A stretch of DNA of 64,000 bases from the NCBI RefSeq assembly GCF_009914755.1, contig NC_060942.1, one strand, 5' to 3'. The translations under genes were made by a program, and so were the position numbers. The notes below the pieces were generated by a model, which searched no databases, was not told the DNA's origin, and saw only the letters and a list, made by a program, of their open reading frames with translations. The stretch's first letter is position 1. Each line of letters begins with the position of its first letter. Source of the DNA: the human T2T-CHM13v2.0 reference genome, Homo sapiens. Positions 40,909 to 55,777 of this stretch are shown piece after piece.

Positions 40909-41412
40909 TGAAACCATGTCCCAAAGAGTTAAAGAAACCAATGACTAACATAATTTCTTGAGTTTGCATAACAAATTTTAAAACACACACAGACACAAAA
41001 CGCTGAAACTTCTTTTGCTTGTAAGACAACAAAACTGGCTGACATCAGTTAAAACCAGTAGAGCCAACTAGATTATCTGCAGAACAACCTTGCTGAAATT
41101 ACAGCCTGAATTTCAACAGCATATTTCATATGAACGCCTCCTGAATTTGCACATGGGACCTATGAGGTAACATGAAAGAATAGCTGCCCATGCCTGAGGA
41201 CTTTTTTCCTTTCCTTTTCCTTTTTTCCTTTCACCAATTGCCTGCTAATCCCCCAATCCACCTTTAAACGTTTTTAATAAAAATATGGCCATAAAGCCAG
41301 CAGAAGGAGACAGATTTGAGCTGCACACCTGGTCTCCGTGTTGGTCGACTCACAATAAAAGCCAGTATTGGCTTCCAGTGCACCGGGCAGCGAGACCCTC
41401 TGCTCAGTAACA
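40909..41412 (+). mobile_element. ERV1-class solo LTR (LTR54/MER66-like), complete
   Basis: TG...CA termini (tgaaaccatgtcccaaagagttaaag...ctcagtaaca); perfect 4-bp TSD tcac at 40905-40908 and 41413-41416; CCAAT and AATAAA signals. Confidence 0.85.
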
Positions 41413-41530
41413 TCACCTCCTATGTTTGCTTGGTGATCAAGTCCTGTTGAAGAGTGGAAATTAAAGAATTTGTGCACTTTATTTTTTTCTGTAGTTCCTC
41501 TGTGAAAGTAGGTTTCAAGTTTAGTTTCTA

Positions 41531-41854
<324 letters not shown>

Positions 41855-42325
41855 AGACATTAAGGTTATTGGCTGTTAAATTCAAAAGGCAATTTTCTGA
41901 GCTATACAACATGAGAGTGGGAAGTAAAATAATCTCTAAGATTCCCTTCAGTTTATTTACATTATCATTAATGATCCCTGAGTGCAACCATTTCAAAAAC
42001 ATATTTTTAGGTATTTTTTGAAAATATGTCTTCAGCGTTTTATATCACAGATGCCTCATTATGGAAATCTCTCCACCCTTGAAATTCAATTCCACTCTCT
42101 GTCATAAAGAAATTATATTTTAATAAAATTTTCTGAGTTCATAAATACATGCAACACAAGAGACACAAGAAGTATAAACCTAAATGCCCAAGCTAAAATG
42201 TGCCAAAATAAAATGTACTTAGGAGTGAAGAAAAGAAGCCAAAAATAAACTGACTGAATTAAGACAAATATATGGGAATTAGTGCATTTGCATAAAACAA
42301 TATATAATAATGCAAAATATAATGA

Positions 42326-42656
<331 letters not shown>

Positions 42657-43239
42657 TAACTTAAATAGAATAAAGCACATAAACTCTTGTGTAGAGGGTT
42701 TTCTGTGGCTAGATTGTACTGATTCATATGTAGAAGAGTATAACATTAATAAAAAGCCTTATTAAATTGTACATGGTGTATATAGATACTTGCTGTTATT
42801 AAGATGCATGGCTGGTAAAAGGAACAAATAATGTACTCATGCCCTTTGTTTCTTAGAAATAGCTACAGCTGGGCAAAGCCCTTGGATGTCAGAAAAAAAA
42901 TGAAGTTGTATTTTTCATGCCTTCTGATTAACTTCCAATGCCTCCCAAGCACCAGTAAAGCAAATGAAGAGTGCTATCTTAAGCTAAACATTTTGTTAGT
43001 AAAAAAAAATCTAATAATTGTCAGAGGACACAAATCAAAAGCTAATCATGAAAAGAGTTTCCATATTCTGTTTTCACCCTAATTCAGTACATTAAGCATA
43101 AGGTGAGAAAAATAATTGCAAGAATGAATTTTTTGAATGTATTATTTCTATAACCAAGAATGACTCTGACTTCAGTGTTTGTGTGATGTGTATGTATGTG
43201 CGTGTGTGTGTGTTGTGTAACTTCAATGTCACAATATTT

Positions 43240-43410
43240 TATGTCAGGTTGTTTGGATTCAGACCTCATAAATTACTTGCTGTGGGGCCTTGAGAAAGTC
43301 AACCCCTGTGAGCTGAGTTTACTCTTATGTAAAATCGGGACAGTGATACCTATCTCAGAAACTGCAGACATATCTGTGATGTTGAAGCCCTGCATAAATG
43401 ATAGTTTTTA
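43240..43410 (+). mobile_element. MIR fragment
   Basis: ttacttgctgtggggccttgagaaagtc...ctgagtttactcttatgtaaaatcgggacagtgatacctatctca. Confidence 0.6.
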
Positions 43411-44374
43411 TTATGATTTGCACATATAACTGTTTAATAAAGACATGCTTTTAGCTCTTATTGACTCATGTCCAGCTCAACAGAAAAAAAAGTGCCTGGA
43501 AAAGAGAAACAGCAAAAAATAAATGTGATTTCATATATATGTATATATTATGCTGTGAATTAAAGGTGATACACACAAAATGATGAAAAGTAGAGATACC
43601 ACATTGTTTTTGAAAACAAAATGAAGTTGTTTCTAATTAATAACTATCAAATGAATTTTTCCCTTTTTGTGTGACATATCACTATGAGTTATAACACTCA
43701 CAAGCTTCTAGTGGTGGGCCTGCAAGAACTATCTAGTACGACTCCCACTTCAGAGACAGCCAGAGCTAGGAGGAGCATCACCAAGAGTGCAGCTATTTCA
43801 CTCTCCCGGTGTCTAGTTCATTGTCCCTGCTGGTCTACACTAATTCTAATCCCTTGGAACTCAACATTCAGCTTCCGATCTGATGTTATCCAGCCTTTTA
43901 GGAAAGCAATTGAGTGTCATGAGAAAGAATACAAATCACCCATTCTCTGTCACATTAATGCAGCCAGTCTCTGAGGGAATCAGATGGTGGTAATGTCATA
44001 AGGCTCTTGGCATGTGTTTATATCTAAGGAGCTCATACCAAGGTATGGTAAATTCAATTACAGACACGGATCTTCAGAACACCTGTTTTATTTCTTCCCA
44101 AATTTCAGATTGAGGAATGTATGTCAGAAAGAGTTGCTTATTTGAATTAAATGTATATTGTGGACAGAATAACAAATGAGCAGAATATCAGTACACTTAT
44201 CCATGTATCTTTACCTAGATCAATTTCTATTTTCTATCTACCCCTCTGTCTTCAAACTGTGCTTCTTGAGTCATTTTCAGCATATTGTTGTATCCAAGAA
44301 AAACACAAAACCAAGACCAAGGAGTCTAGAAGAAGAAATTTAAGTTGTTACCAAAAGTTCATAGACAAAATGAG

Positions 44375-44730
44375 CAGGAGATCTGCATTAGTTAAAAATT
44401 CAGGTTCTGAAGTCAAACTCCCAGGATTCTTTTATCTTCTCGGTCACTGGAGCATTTAACCTCTGTGTGGTACAGTTTCCTTACCTGTGAAATGGCCATA
44501 ATAACCGTTCCTGCCTCTTCGTTCATTGAGAGAGTTAAATGAGTTATTTTAAAACTGTTTCTCACATGTGGATTGTAGTGTTGATAACATGATACACTTT
44601 GGTAAAAATGCATAGAACTGTATGCTTAAAAGCATGGATTTTACTGCATATAAATTAAACTTCAATGCATCTTATGCTAAAAACTTTTTCTGACACACCT
44701 AACAGCTGAATTATAATTACTATAATCATC
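44375..44730 (+). mobile_element. MIR split by a short L1 3' end
   Basis: atttaacctctgtgtggtacagtttccttacctgtgaaatggccataataa...ttaaatgagttat, with the tail resuming after the L1. Confidence 0.7.
44567..44679 (+). mobile_element. Very short 5'-truncated L1 (MB/ME-type 3' end)
   Basis: catagaactgtatgcttaaaagcatggattttactgcatataaattaaacttcaat; TSD aaaactgtttctcaca / aaaactttttctgaca (14 of 16 match). Confidence 0.7.
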
Positions 44731-46002
44731 AACCTTGCACAACTCAGAAAAAGCCTTCCTGAAAACTGTATTTGCATTACCCTTATCTAAATTCCGCATC
44801 GTCAAGCTGCGAATCATATTCTCTCCTCTCGTCTCACCCTCACTCTTGCTTTCTTAGTTCTCTTCATCCTCAGGAACACTATTCTCTCCTTCCTCCTTCC
44901 TTCCATTCCTATGCACGCTTCTTTACATATAATAGCTTAGAACGGGAGAAGAGGAAGTAAAATGGGTGCATATTTTGGATTGTGCTTTGATGTGTATATG
45001 TGCAGACATGTGTGTCCAGTCATTTAAACCAAAGTCATAAAATACTAACTCAACAAAGCAGGGGTTCTTTTTAGAAGAGTCCTTTATCATCTCTTGGACA
45101 AACAGACTAATGGGAAAAACTAGACAGCAGCCGAGGCTCAGGAGTAACTAGCAGCTGGAAGTGACCATAACTTCTTTACTCTTCCTGTATGTGAACTCCA
45201 AAGGCTCCTGAGCTTTATTGAGCAGAGCGTCAGCTCCGAGGTTGATACAGGATCTCTTGGTGGGTCACAGTCCAACCCTAGAGGAAAGCACGATGTTCAG
45301 AAACCCCCTCAGCAAAGTAAGTACTGGGGCCATGTTAAATATCACAATATTGATATCATAAAATAATCCTTTACATAAATATCATGAGCAAGTTTTATGT
45401 TGGCTGGGCCAGCATGGTATTAAGCGAATGTCTCTGAGTAAAAGCTGGATGCAGAGAGGTCAACTAGCTGAGTGGGCATTTGCTCAGAAGCTTCAGCTCC
45501 TGGTGGCTTGGCTGAACTTCACAGCTGATGGTGCATAAAGGGGTTTCTTCCAGTTAATGCAGATATGGATCCACTCAGCTCTCCAGGTGGCCAAGTCATG
45601 CAATATAAACATTTTTGTGTGTTCCATAACATATAGAATTTAAGAATCCCTAGCTTGGAACTGGATTTTAAACTGCCATCAAAATGGGGCTAAGAAGACA
45701 AAGTCTGAGGTTCTATTAGGATGGGAGTTTATATCAGGCACTAGGGAAAAATTCAGGAACTTGAAAGACAAAATTCTAGAGGAAGAAATAGAAAATGAAA
45801 GTAAGGCACCTTGAAGATATGCTTTGTTCCTCTCTTGGTCTTAGCTATGGGTAGAGAGGAGACAATGAAATGAATTTATGAGCATTCCTAAACATAAGCC
45901 CAGTTTCATACCAATTTTTAGCTTCCTTTAGTACCCTAAGAAAGCACAATTTGGGATTAAGTTCAATGATCCCAGCATAATGGTGGCCCTAATGCCCAAC
46001 TG

Positions 46003-46466
46003 CATACGAAAATTCCTCACAAATATGAACACAAAAATTACCAAAAACTAGCAAACTGAATCCCACAACCCATTAAAAATATTATACACTGCAACTAAGT
46101 GGGATTTATCTCAGGAATGTAAGTGCGGCTCAATGTAAGAAAATTGATCAATGTAATATGCCATATTAATAGAATAAAGTACAAAAGACACATATTCATC
46201 TCAACTGATGCAAAATAAGCATTTGACAAAGTCTAACACCCATTTATGATAGAAACTCTCAACAAATAGAAATATAAGGTAACTTCCTCAATTTGATAAA
46301 GGGCATCTCTGAAAAAACCATAGCTATTATACTTAATGGTAAGGGATTGAAAGAGCTCCTCTAAGATTAGGAACAACAAAATAATATCTGCTCTTACCAC
46401 CACCACCTCCTTCTACTAGAGGTTGTAGAGAGGGCAATTAAGAAAGAAAATGAAATAAAAGTCATC
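46003..46466 (+). mobile_element. L1M ORF2 (RT region) fragment
   Basis: aagtgggatttatctcaggaatg...catctcaactgatgcaaaataagcatttgacaaa...acttcctcaatttgataaagggcatct. Confidence 0.85.
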
Positions 46467-46949
46467 TTCTTATAAGACTACCATCTCTCCGTTCCCACAG
46501 TGAATGAAACATGCATCACGTCAATTTCCCATGGATAAAGCCATTACCCCTGACTAAGGGTGCCAGGTAACACAGAAGGTATTTCCCAGCACCCCTGTAG
46601 AAACTGGCATCTAAGCTCACACTCCTTGATTTCTGAGCACACAGTGCATATTCCTCACATCCAAGGATGCTATCACTGTTGTCACATGAATAAGAAGCAG
46701 CATTTCTTAGGAATAAGAACAGCATTTCTCTGCTGGAATACAATACCATAGTGTATGCAGCTGCACCCAAGTCCAAGGACTCCTGTCTGCAGGAGATCAA
46801 AAGAATGGGGGACTAATGCCATCCACCAACCTTCAGTCCACAACTTTTAGCTGCAGCAAGTGGCATTGTTGATGTTCACCCAAAACCTATGCATCACAGT
46901 TTCTAAAGAAATTAAGGGTAAATTTATAAAGTTCCACCCTCCACCCTAA

Positions 46950-48350
46950 GAAAGACCAATTCGCAATCATAGAAGAAAGTTTTAACATACCTCTCTCAGT
47001 AATTGATAGACCAAGGAGAGAAAAGACATGAACCAGAATAGGGAAGCTCTGAAAATTAAAATCAACAGTCTTGATGTAATTAACACACGTGGTACCCTAC
47101 ACCTGAAGAACATATATTAACTTTAAGCACACACAGAATACCTATGGAAAATAAATGTCCATTAGGAACTAAAGGAATTGTCAACAAATTTCAAAGAACT
47201 ACTGTCATACCATGTATCTGATTGATTGATTACAGTGTAATTGTGTAAAAATAAACTTTTAAATGACAACCAAAAATATGTGTTTAGAATAAAATAGTAT
47301 TGAAACATAACACAAAATACAAAATAAATATCCATAGCCCACACTGTTGACTGAAAAACATAAGGGAGAAGAGACAAATCAATCATGCAGAAGAATTCCA
47401 AATAATTCAGAGAGATACTTCCCCATAAAGAAGGAGAACATAAGTCATTGCTCCTTAAGTGGGTGTTGCTCATAGCGACTGAAAGGGCAACAAAAGAGTA
47501 ACTTGTGGAGAACCTGTGGAGAAACTTGACAACACCATCCCAGCAGTGTTCAAGGTCAGCACCAACAGTCAAAAATCACAATGGTAGTGCCTATCTTTGA
47601 TTGGATGTGACAAAAATGACACATTATAATCTTTATCCCAAAAAATATACAATCTCAATCTAATCATGAGATAAATGTCAGATTAATTCTAGTAGAAGGG
47701 CTTCCTACAATATACCTGATATTCCTCTAAACTGTCAAGGTCATCAAAAGCAAAGAAAATCTGGGAAACCCTCACAACCAAGAAAAGACTAAGGAGAGAG
47801 GATGCCTAAATATAATGTGTTATCCTGGATGGAATCCTGGAACAGAAAAAAGACACCAGGTAAAACTGAGGAACTCAAGTTTGAACTTCAGTTATACTAA
47901 TGCATCAATATTGATCGATTACTTGTAATGAAGATACTGTAAAGATGTAAGATGTAACAACAGGGGCATCTGTGTGGGGGACATATAAGAATACTCTACA
48001 CTGCCTTCTAAATTTTTCTGTAACTCTAAAATGGTTCTAAAAATAAAGGCTATTTAAGAATAAAATATCTGCTTTGAATTCTAATAACACACTTCTAAGT
48101 AATTCATGGGTCTAAAATAAGAAACAATGATTTTGAAAATACTGCATTTTATAATGAATAGAATGTAGCAACAAACAAAAAATGGTACTCGGAAATGTAT
48201 ACCCGTAAGTGTTTATATTAAAAAGAAGAAAGTCTGAAAATGAAACCTAAGTTTCTGGTGTAGGAAAGCAGAGAAACAGCAAAATAACGCCACATAAAGT
48301 AGAAGAATTAAAGAATAAAAATTAATGAAATAATAAAAATAAATGAGACA
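46950..48350 (+). mobile_element. Old L1ME-like ORF2 fragment split by an L1MC3/4 3'UTR
   Basis: tttaacatacctctctcagtaattgataga before the insert; aacacacttctaagtaattcatggg...ttaaaaagaagaaagtctgaaaa after it. Confidence 0.55.
47270..48065 (+). mobile_element. L1MC3/L1MC4-like 3'UTR
   Basis: gcagaagaattccaaataat...aactgtcaaggtcatcaaaa...tatcctggatggaatcctggaacagaaaaa...ttttctgtaactctaaa; same family as the element at 10480. Confidence 0.8.
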
Positions 48351-48364
48351 GAATTGTTCTCCAC

Positions 48365-49606
<1,242 letters not shown>

Positions 49607-50497
49607 AAAAAAAAGCTTGAAATAAACATCCATGAATATTATTATCCAACCAAATTTGATGGAAATAATTATGTTCACTGTTTTTTCTTTTGTAGTCCGG
49701 GTAATTTTTCATTAGCAAGCATGAAGCTCCTAAGACTTCTTCACTCATCTTTATTTTTCCAAAATATTCTATTGTCTTTTCCTTCCCTTCTCCTTTTATT
49801 TTTTCCACTTTCTCCAGCAGCCCCTTTCTTGTTTCTGTTTGCCGCTTACGATTTTGCTTTGAGATAACCCCAGCTCTTTTCTCCTTCAAATTTGTCCAAT
49901 TCAATATTTATATTTTTATTCTAAATTATGTAATTATGCACAAGTCTTTCAAACAACCATATTCTTGGTGGTGAAAGCACACCAAAAATTCTCATGATTT
50001 CTAAAATGTTATAACCTCTCACTTAATTTTCCTCAGCCTTCTTTTATTTCTCCTAATCCTTCTTCTTTTATGCTAGTATTATTTTTGGTGTTTAATTCCT
50101 ATGCAAAATCATGCAAGACAAGCTTGTACAACAATATATTCTTGAAATCCTCATATGATTCCAAAATATCAACCATGGCATTTTTTTTTCAATTATTTAG
50201 GGAACAATGTGATCATAGCTAAAATTCCCTGTAGGATTTTCTATCTTCCTTTCTCATTTCCTATAAGCATTTGTTTGTAACCTTGGAGATACAACATTTG
50301 TCAATAACTGCCAAATGCCAGATCTCTATTAGAATTAACACTTCATGAAAAGTATAATTTCATATGAAACATTTAGCAAGGGAATGAAAGCAAATGAAAA
50401 GTCAAGGTTAACAATGTAAAATTATGATACATTCAATCTCAGAGAAATATTAGAATCCATAGACAGATGAACTATTTGTATTAGAAATATCTCCTTT

Positions 50498-51131
50498 ACA
50501 TACAGGTCAATCAAACAGAATAGAGAACCCAGAAATAAAGCCAAATACTTATGGCCAACTGATCTTCAAGAAAGCATACAAAAACATAAACTGGGGAAAG
50601 GACACTCTATTCAATAAATGGTGCTGGGAAAACTGGCAAGCCACGTGTAGAAGATTAAAACTGAATCCCCATCTCTCACCTTTTACAAAAATCAACTCAA
50701 GATGGATCAAAGACTTAAGACCCAAAACCATGAAAATTCTAGAAGATAACATCAGAAAAACTCTTCTAGATATTGGCTTAGGCAAAAAATTCATGACTAA
50801 GACCCCAAAAGCAAATGTAATAAAAACAAAAATAAATAAATGGGACCTAGTTAGACTAAAAAGCTTCTGCACAGAGAAAGAAATAATCAGCAGAGTAAAC
50901 AGACAACTCACAAAGTAGGAGAAAATTTTTGCAAACTATGCGTTCAACAAAGGATTAATATTCAGAATCTACAAGAAAGTCAAACAAATCACCAATATGG
51001 GTACAGTGTACACTGCTTGGGTGACAGGTGAACCAAAATTTCAGAAATCACCACTAAAGCACTTATCCATGTAACCTAACACCACCTGTTCACCAAAAAC
51101 TATTTAAATAAAAATAAAAATAAATTTAAAA
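50498..51131 (+). mobile_element. L1PB-like 3' fragment with an internal deletion
   Basis: ORF 50730-50918 ([26 protein letters not shown]...KINKWDL) matches ORF2p; sequence jumps at ~50990 to the terminal 3'UTR gggtacagtgtacactgc...aaataaaa; related flanks agaaatatctcctt / agaaatagccacctt. Confidence 0.9.
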
Positions 51132-51640
51132 AGAAATAGCCACCTTAATCTTTAGCATATAGGATGTAACTCTAAAAGCTTCTGCATAAAACCTCTTGTC
51201 CATTGTTTTACCTATTGCAAGAATAAATCAATAAAATAAAGTTGGTAATTTAATCACAAAGCTAGGATAAATAAGATAAATTTTACTCAATAGTAAATAC
51301 TTGGCAGGAGAAAAGACAATCGGGTGAAATTATAAAGATTCTCAGTAGAGAGGCTCTGAAGGTCACCACCACCCATCACAGAGAAATTACTAGTACTTAC
51401 TCTTAACAAAATTTTATTGAAAAAAATCACTATTTTACCCACCTCTCAATATACAAGCACAAATACAAAGGTGAAGCAATTGCAGTTTCTGCAGGGAGAG
51501 TTAAGCCAAAGAGGTGACCTCCTTCCTCTCCTTTCCTTCCCAACTATCACTTTACCTCAGTACAAAGAAACTTTCATCTCATCCATCCTAAAATAACAAA
51601 AGTCCTCTCTTGGCTCATGTGGTCCCTTTTACCTCTTATT

Positions 51641-51773
51641 ATTTCATTTATTCATTCATCAAATATTTACCGAGCACCTTCTCTGTGCCAGCAACTGTTT
51701 TTAAACACGGTAGAGTGTCTATAACACTGTAAAACCAGGCAAAAACTCTTGGGTTCATGGAGCTTACATTCTG
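51641..51773 (-). mobile_element. L2a 3' end
   Basis: ttcattcatcaaatatttaccgagcacct...tgtgccagcaactgtt...catggagcttacattct. Confidence 0.8.
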
Positions 51774-51864
51774 TTCTCCACTTCTCATGCCAAAAACAGT
51801 CTTCACTCCTCCCCACCCCATTCAAAATTATCACAAGATTATCTGGCAAATGCCACACTACTTA

Positions 51865-51985
51865 TTTTTGTAATATCTTTATTGAAATACAATTGACATA
51901 CTATACAATTCACCCAATAAAAGTGTACAATGATTTTTAATATATTCAGAGTTGTGCAACTAACAGCACAGTTGATTTTAAAACA
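51865..51985 (-). mobile_element. L1MB-type 3' terminal fragment
   Basis: ctttattgaaatacaattgacatactatacaattcaccc...aaagtgtacaat...tatattcagagttgtgcaac. Confidence 0.8.
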
Positions 51986-52184
51986 CATAATTTTTGATCT
52001 AGAGAAAAATCACTATGGCTGGTGTCTTGCAGAGAATAAATGAGAAGAAAACAAGACTGGAGTTGGGAAAACCAGTACTGAGGCCTTAGCCTAGGAAAGA
52101 TGATGATGTATGCACTAGATAGTGTAGGGAAACTGGAGAGAAGTGTCCTGGCTTTGGGAGAATTAGAAGGCAGTTTATATGAGA

Positions 52185-52720
52185 TATGTATAGATACACA
52201 CAACGAAATACTATTTGGTCTTTAAAATACTATTTATCCATGTTGACATTTACAACATGGATGACCCTGGAGGACATTATGTCAAGTGCAATAAGATAAA
52301 AACAGAAAACAAAATACTGAATGGTATGACTTTTACGTGGAATCTAAGAGTCAAATACATAGAAGCAGGAAATAGAAGGATGGTTACCAGGAGTTGAAAT
52401 GTTGGGGGAATGGGGCAGGTACAAAGTTGCTTTAGGATAGAGATCTAATGTACAACATGAGGACTACAGTTAATTATATTGTAATGTGTATTGAACATAG
52501 AGGGATTTTGCTGGAAATTTGCTAAGAAAGAAGATTTCCAGCATTCTCACCCCTTAAAAAGTAACTATGTGAGGAGATGTGTATGTTAATTTGCTTTTGC
52601 AGTAATTTTGTCTCTATGTATATGTACTTCAAAACATTATGAGGTATACCTTAAATATATACCACCTTTATTTTCAAAGTGATAAAAATTTCAAAAACAG
52701 ATGAAAAATTTCCAAATTTA
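52185..52720 (+). mobile_element. L1MA (about MA8-9) 3' end
   Basis: caacatggatgaccctggaggacattatg...gtggaatctaa...gatggttaccagg...ctaatgtacaacatgaggactacagttaat...aaatttgctaaga. Confidence 0.85.
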
Positions 52721-52924
52721 AAAATCATTCATTGCCACAATTAATGGACTTCCCTGGAACAGTATTAACATTGTTAATTTCCTCTTCCTTCTCTACATGT
52801 TCTTCTCTTTTTATTTCTGTGTCACTCTGCTTTGATACTTCTGTCCTGAAGTTCTGATTGTTTTTCTCCATGGGTCGTTCTTCTTTTAACCAAGGTAGAT
52901 GATGATGGCATTTCACCAGGTAGG

Positions 52925-53052
52925 TTCTGTCATCAGCCTACTTTTTTCCTCACTTTATATAAGCTTCTGCCCAATCTAATCTTTTATCTTCTGTCTTCAG
53001 CCTACTTTTTCCTTTACTTTACATAAGCTTCTGTCCAATCTAATCTTTTATC
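52925..53052. repeat. Tandem duplication, 2 x 64 bp
   Basis: Copies at 52925-52988 and 52989-53052; 6 mismatches in an ungapped hand alignment. Confidence 0.95.
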
Positions 53053-53464
53053 GTCCAAATAATAATGAGTATTAAGTTTACGTCTCAAGTCCCATTTGAT
53101 TATATTTGCCTGACCTTTCTATGCTCATCTACTCATTGAAAATTTCCATTAATTATGGGCATATTTGTTTATTATTTACTGATTTCACTTATTTAGCGAT
53201 ATATTTATTCATACAAAAGCTTGCCCTAAGTGTCAACAAAAGCAACCTTGGGAAAATAATTTTCAACTCAGATCTGAAGAATAAAGTGGTGTCATGCTGG
53301 TAGGTGGGAAGAAGGAGCTTCTTGGGAAAATACATTGGCAGAAAGATGACAATATTTATTCAAAATGAGAAAGAACAATACACATCCAAGAAATACCAAA
53401 AAGTATAATGTGACTGGAGAGTACAATGTGCACAAAAGTAACAGATACAAAATGAATTGTTCTC

Positions 53465-53808
53465 CTACATTACACAGTCCCTGGTGCCTGGGCTGGAAGG
53501 ATGCCAAGGTCATCTCAGCTGATACTGTCACTAGATCACCTGTAAATAACCTCTTCAGGTAGCTTGAGCGTCTCACAATATGGCAGCTGAGTTCTGAAAA
53601 GAAATGTTTGGACAGGGGATATCCAGAAAGCAAGTGCCCAAAAGGATTACTTCTTTCTCATCTAGTTTCTGAAGTTGCATAGTATCATGTCTACAATTCT
53701 CTATTGGTCAAAGCAGTTATAATTCAGCCAAGGTTAAAGAAGAGGAGAAATAAATTCTACCTCTCAATAAAAGGAGTGTCAAAGAATTTGAATTTCACTT
53801 TGTAAACT
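53465..53808 (-). mobile_element. Old MaLR LTR fragment (MLT1F/H-like)
   Basis: tctcacaatatggcagctg...attctctattggtcaaagcagt...aggagaaataaattctacctctc...aggagtgtcaaagaattt. Confidence 0.65.
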
Positions 53809-54130
53809 TTTCCTATTAGAATTAATTCGTGTCAATGTCAGGTAGCATATATTGATGGAAGTCAAGCAGAAAATAGTTGACACATTCAAAGAAATAATGG
53901 AGACATTTTTAATGAAAGATCTATTTACAGAGGTGTGGGTGGGGTTAAGGGAACCAATAATGAATGGCAAAGAACCCAGGGAATATAACAGCAGGAGGCC
54001 AATGGCCACCCCTAGATGTGAATGGACAAAGGAAAGACCCAACTAGAGCTGCAGCCATGGGACAGGGACTGCTATTAAGAAGCTCTGCCTTTATGTAGAG
54101 GAATGAATCTGCCATTCCAATAAAACCCAG

Positions 54131-55777
<1,647 letters not shown>

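Noticed and set aside
43684-43974. 96-aa ATG ORF in unique sequence
   Set aside because: No recognisable homology or splice structure; length within chance expectation
45000-45620. Possible old MLT1-type LTR pieces and a CTCF-like tctccaggtggcc
   Set aside because: Similarity too weak to name or delimit by eye; the motif match is partial
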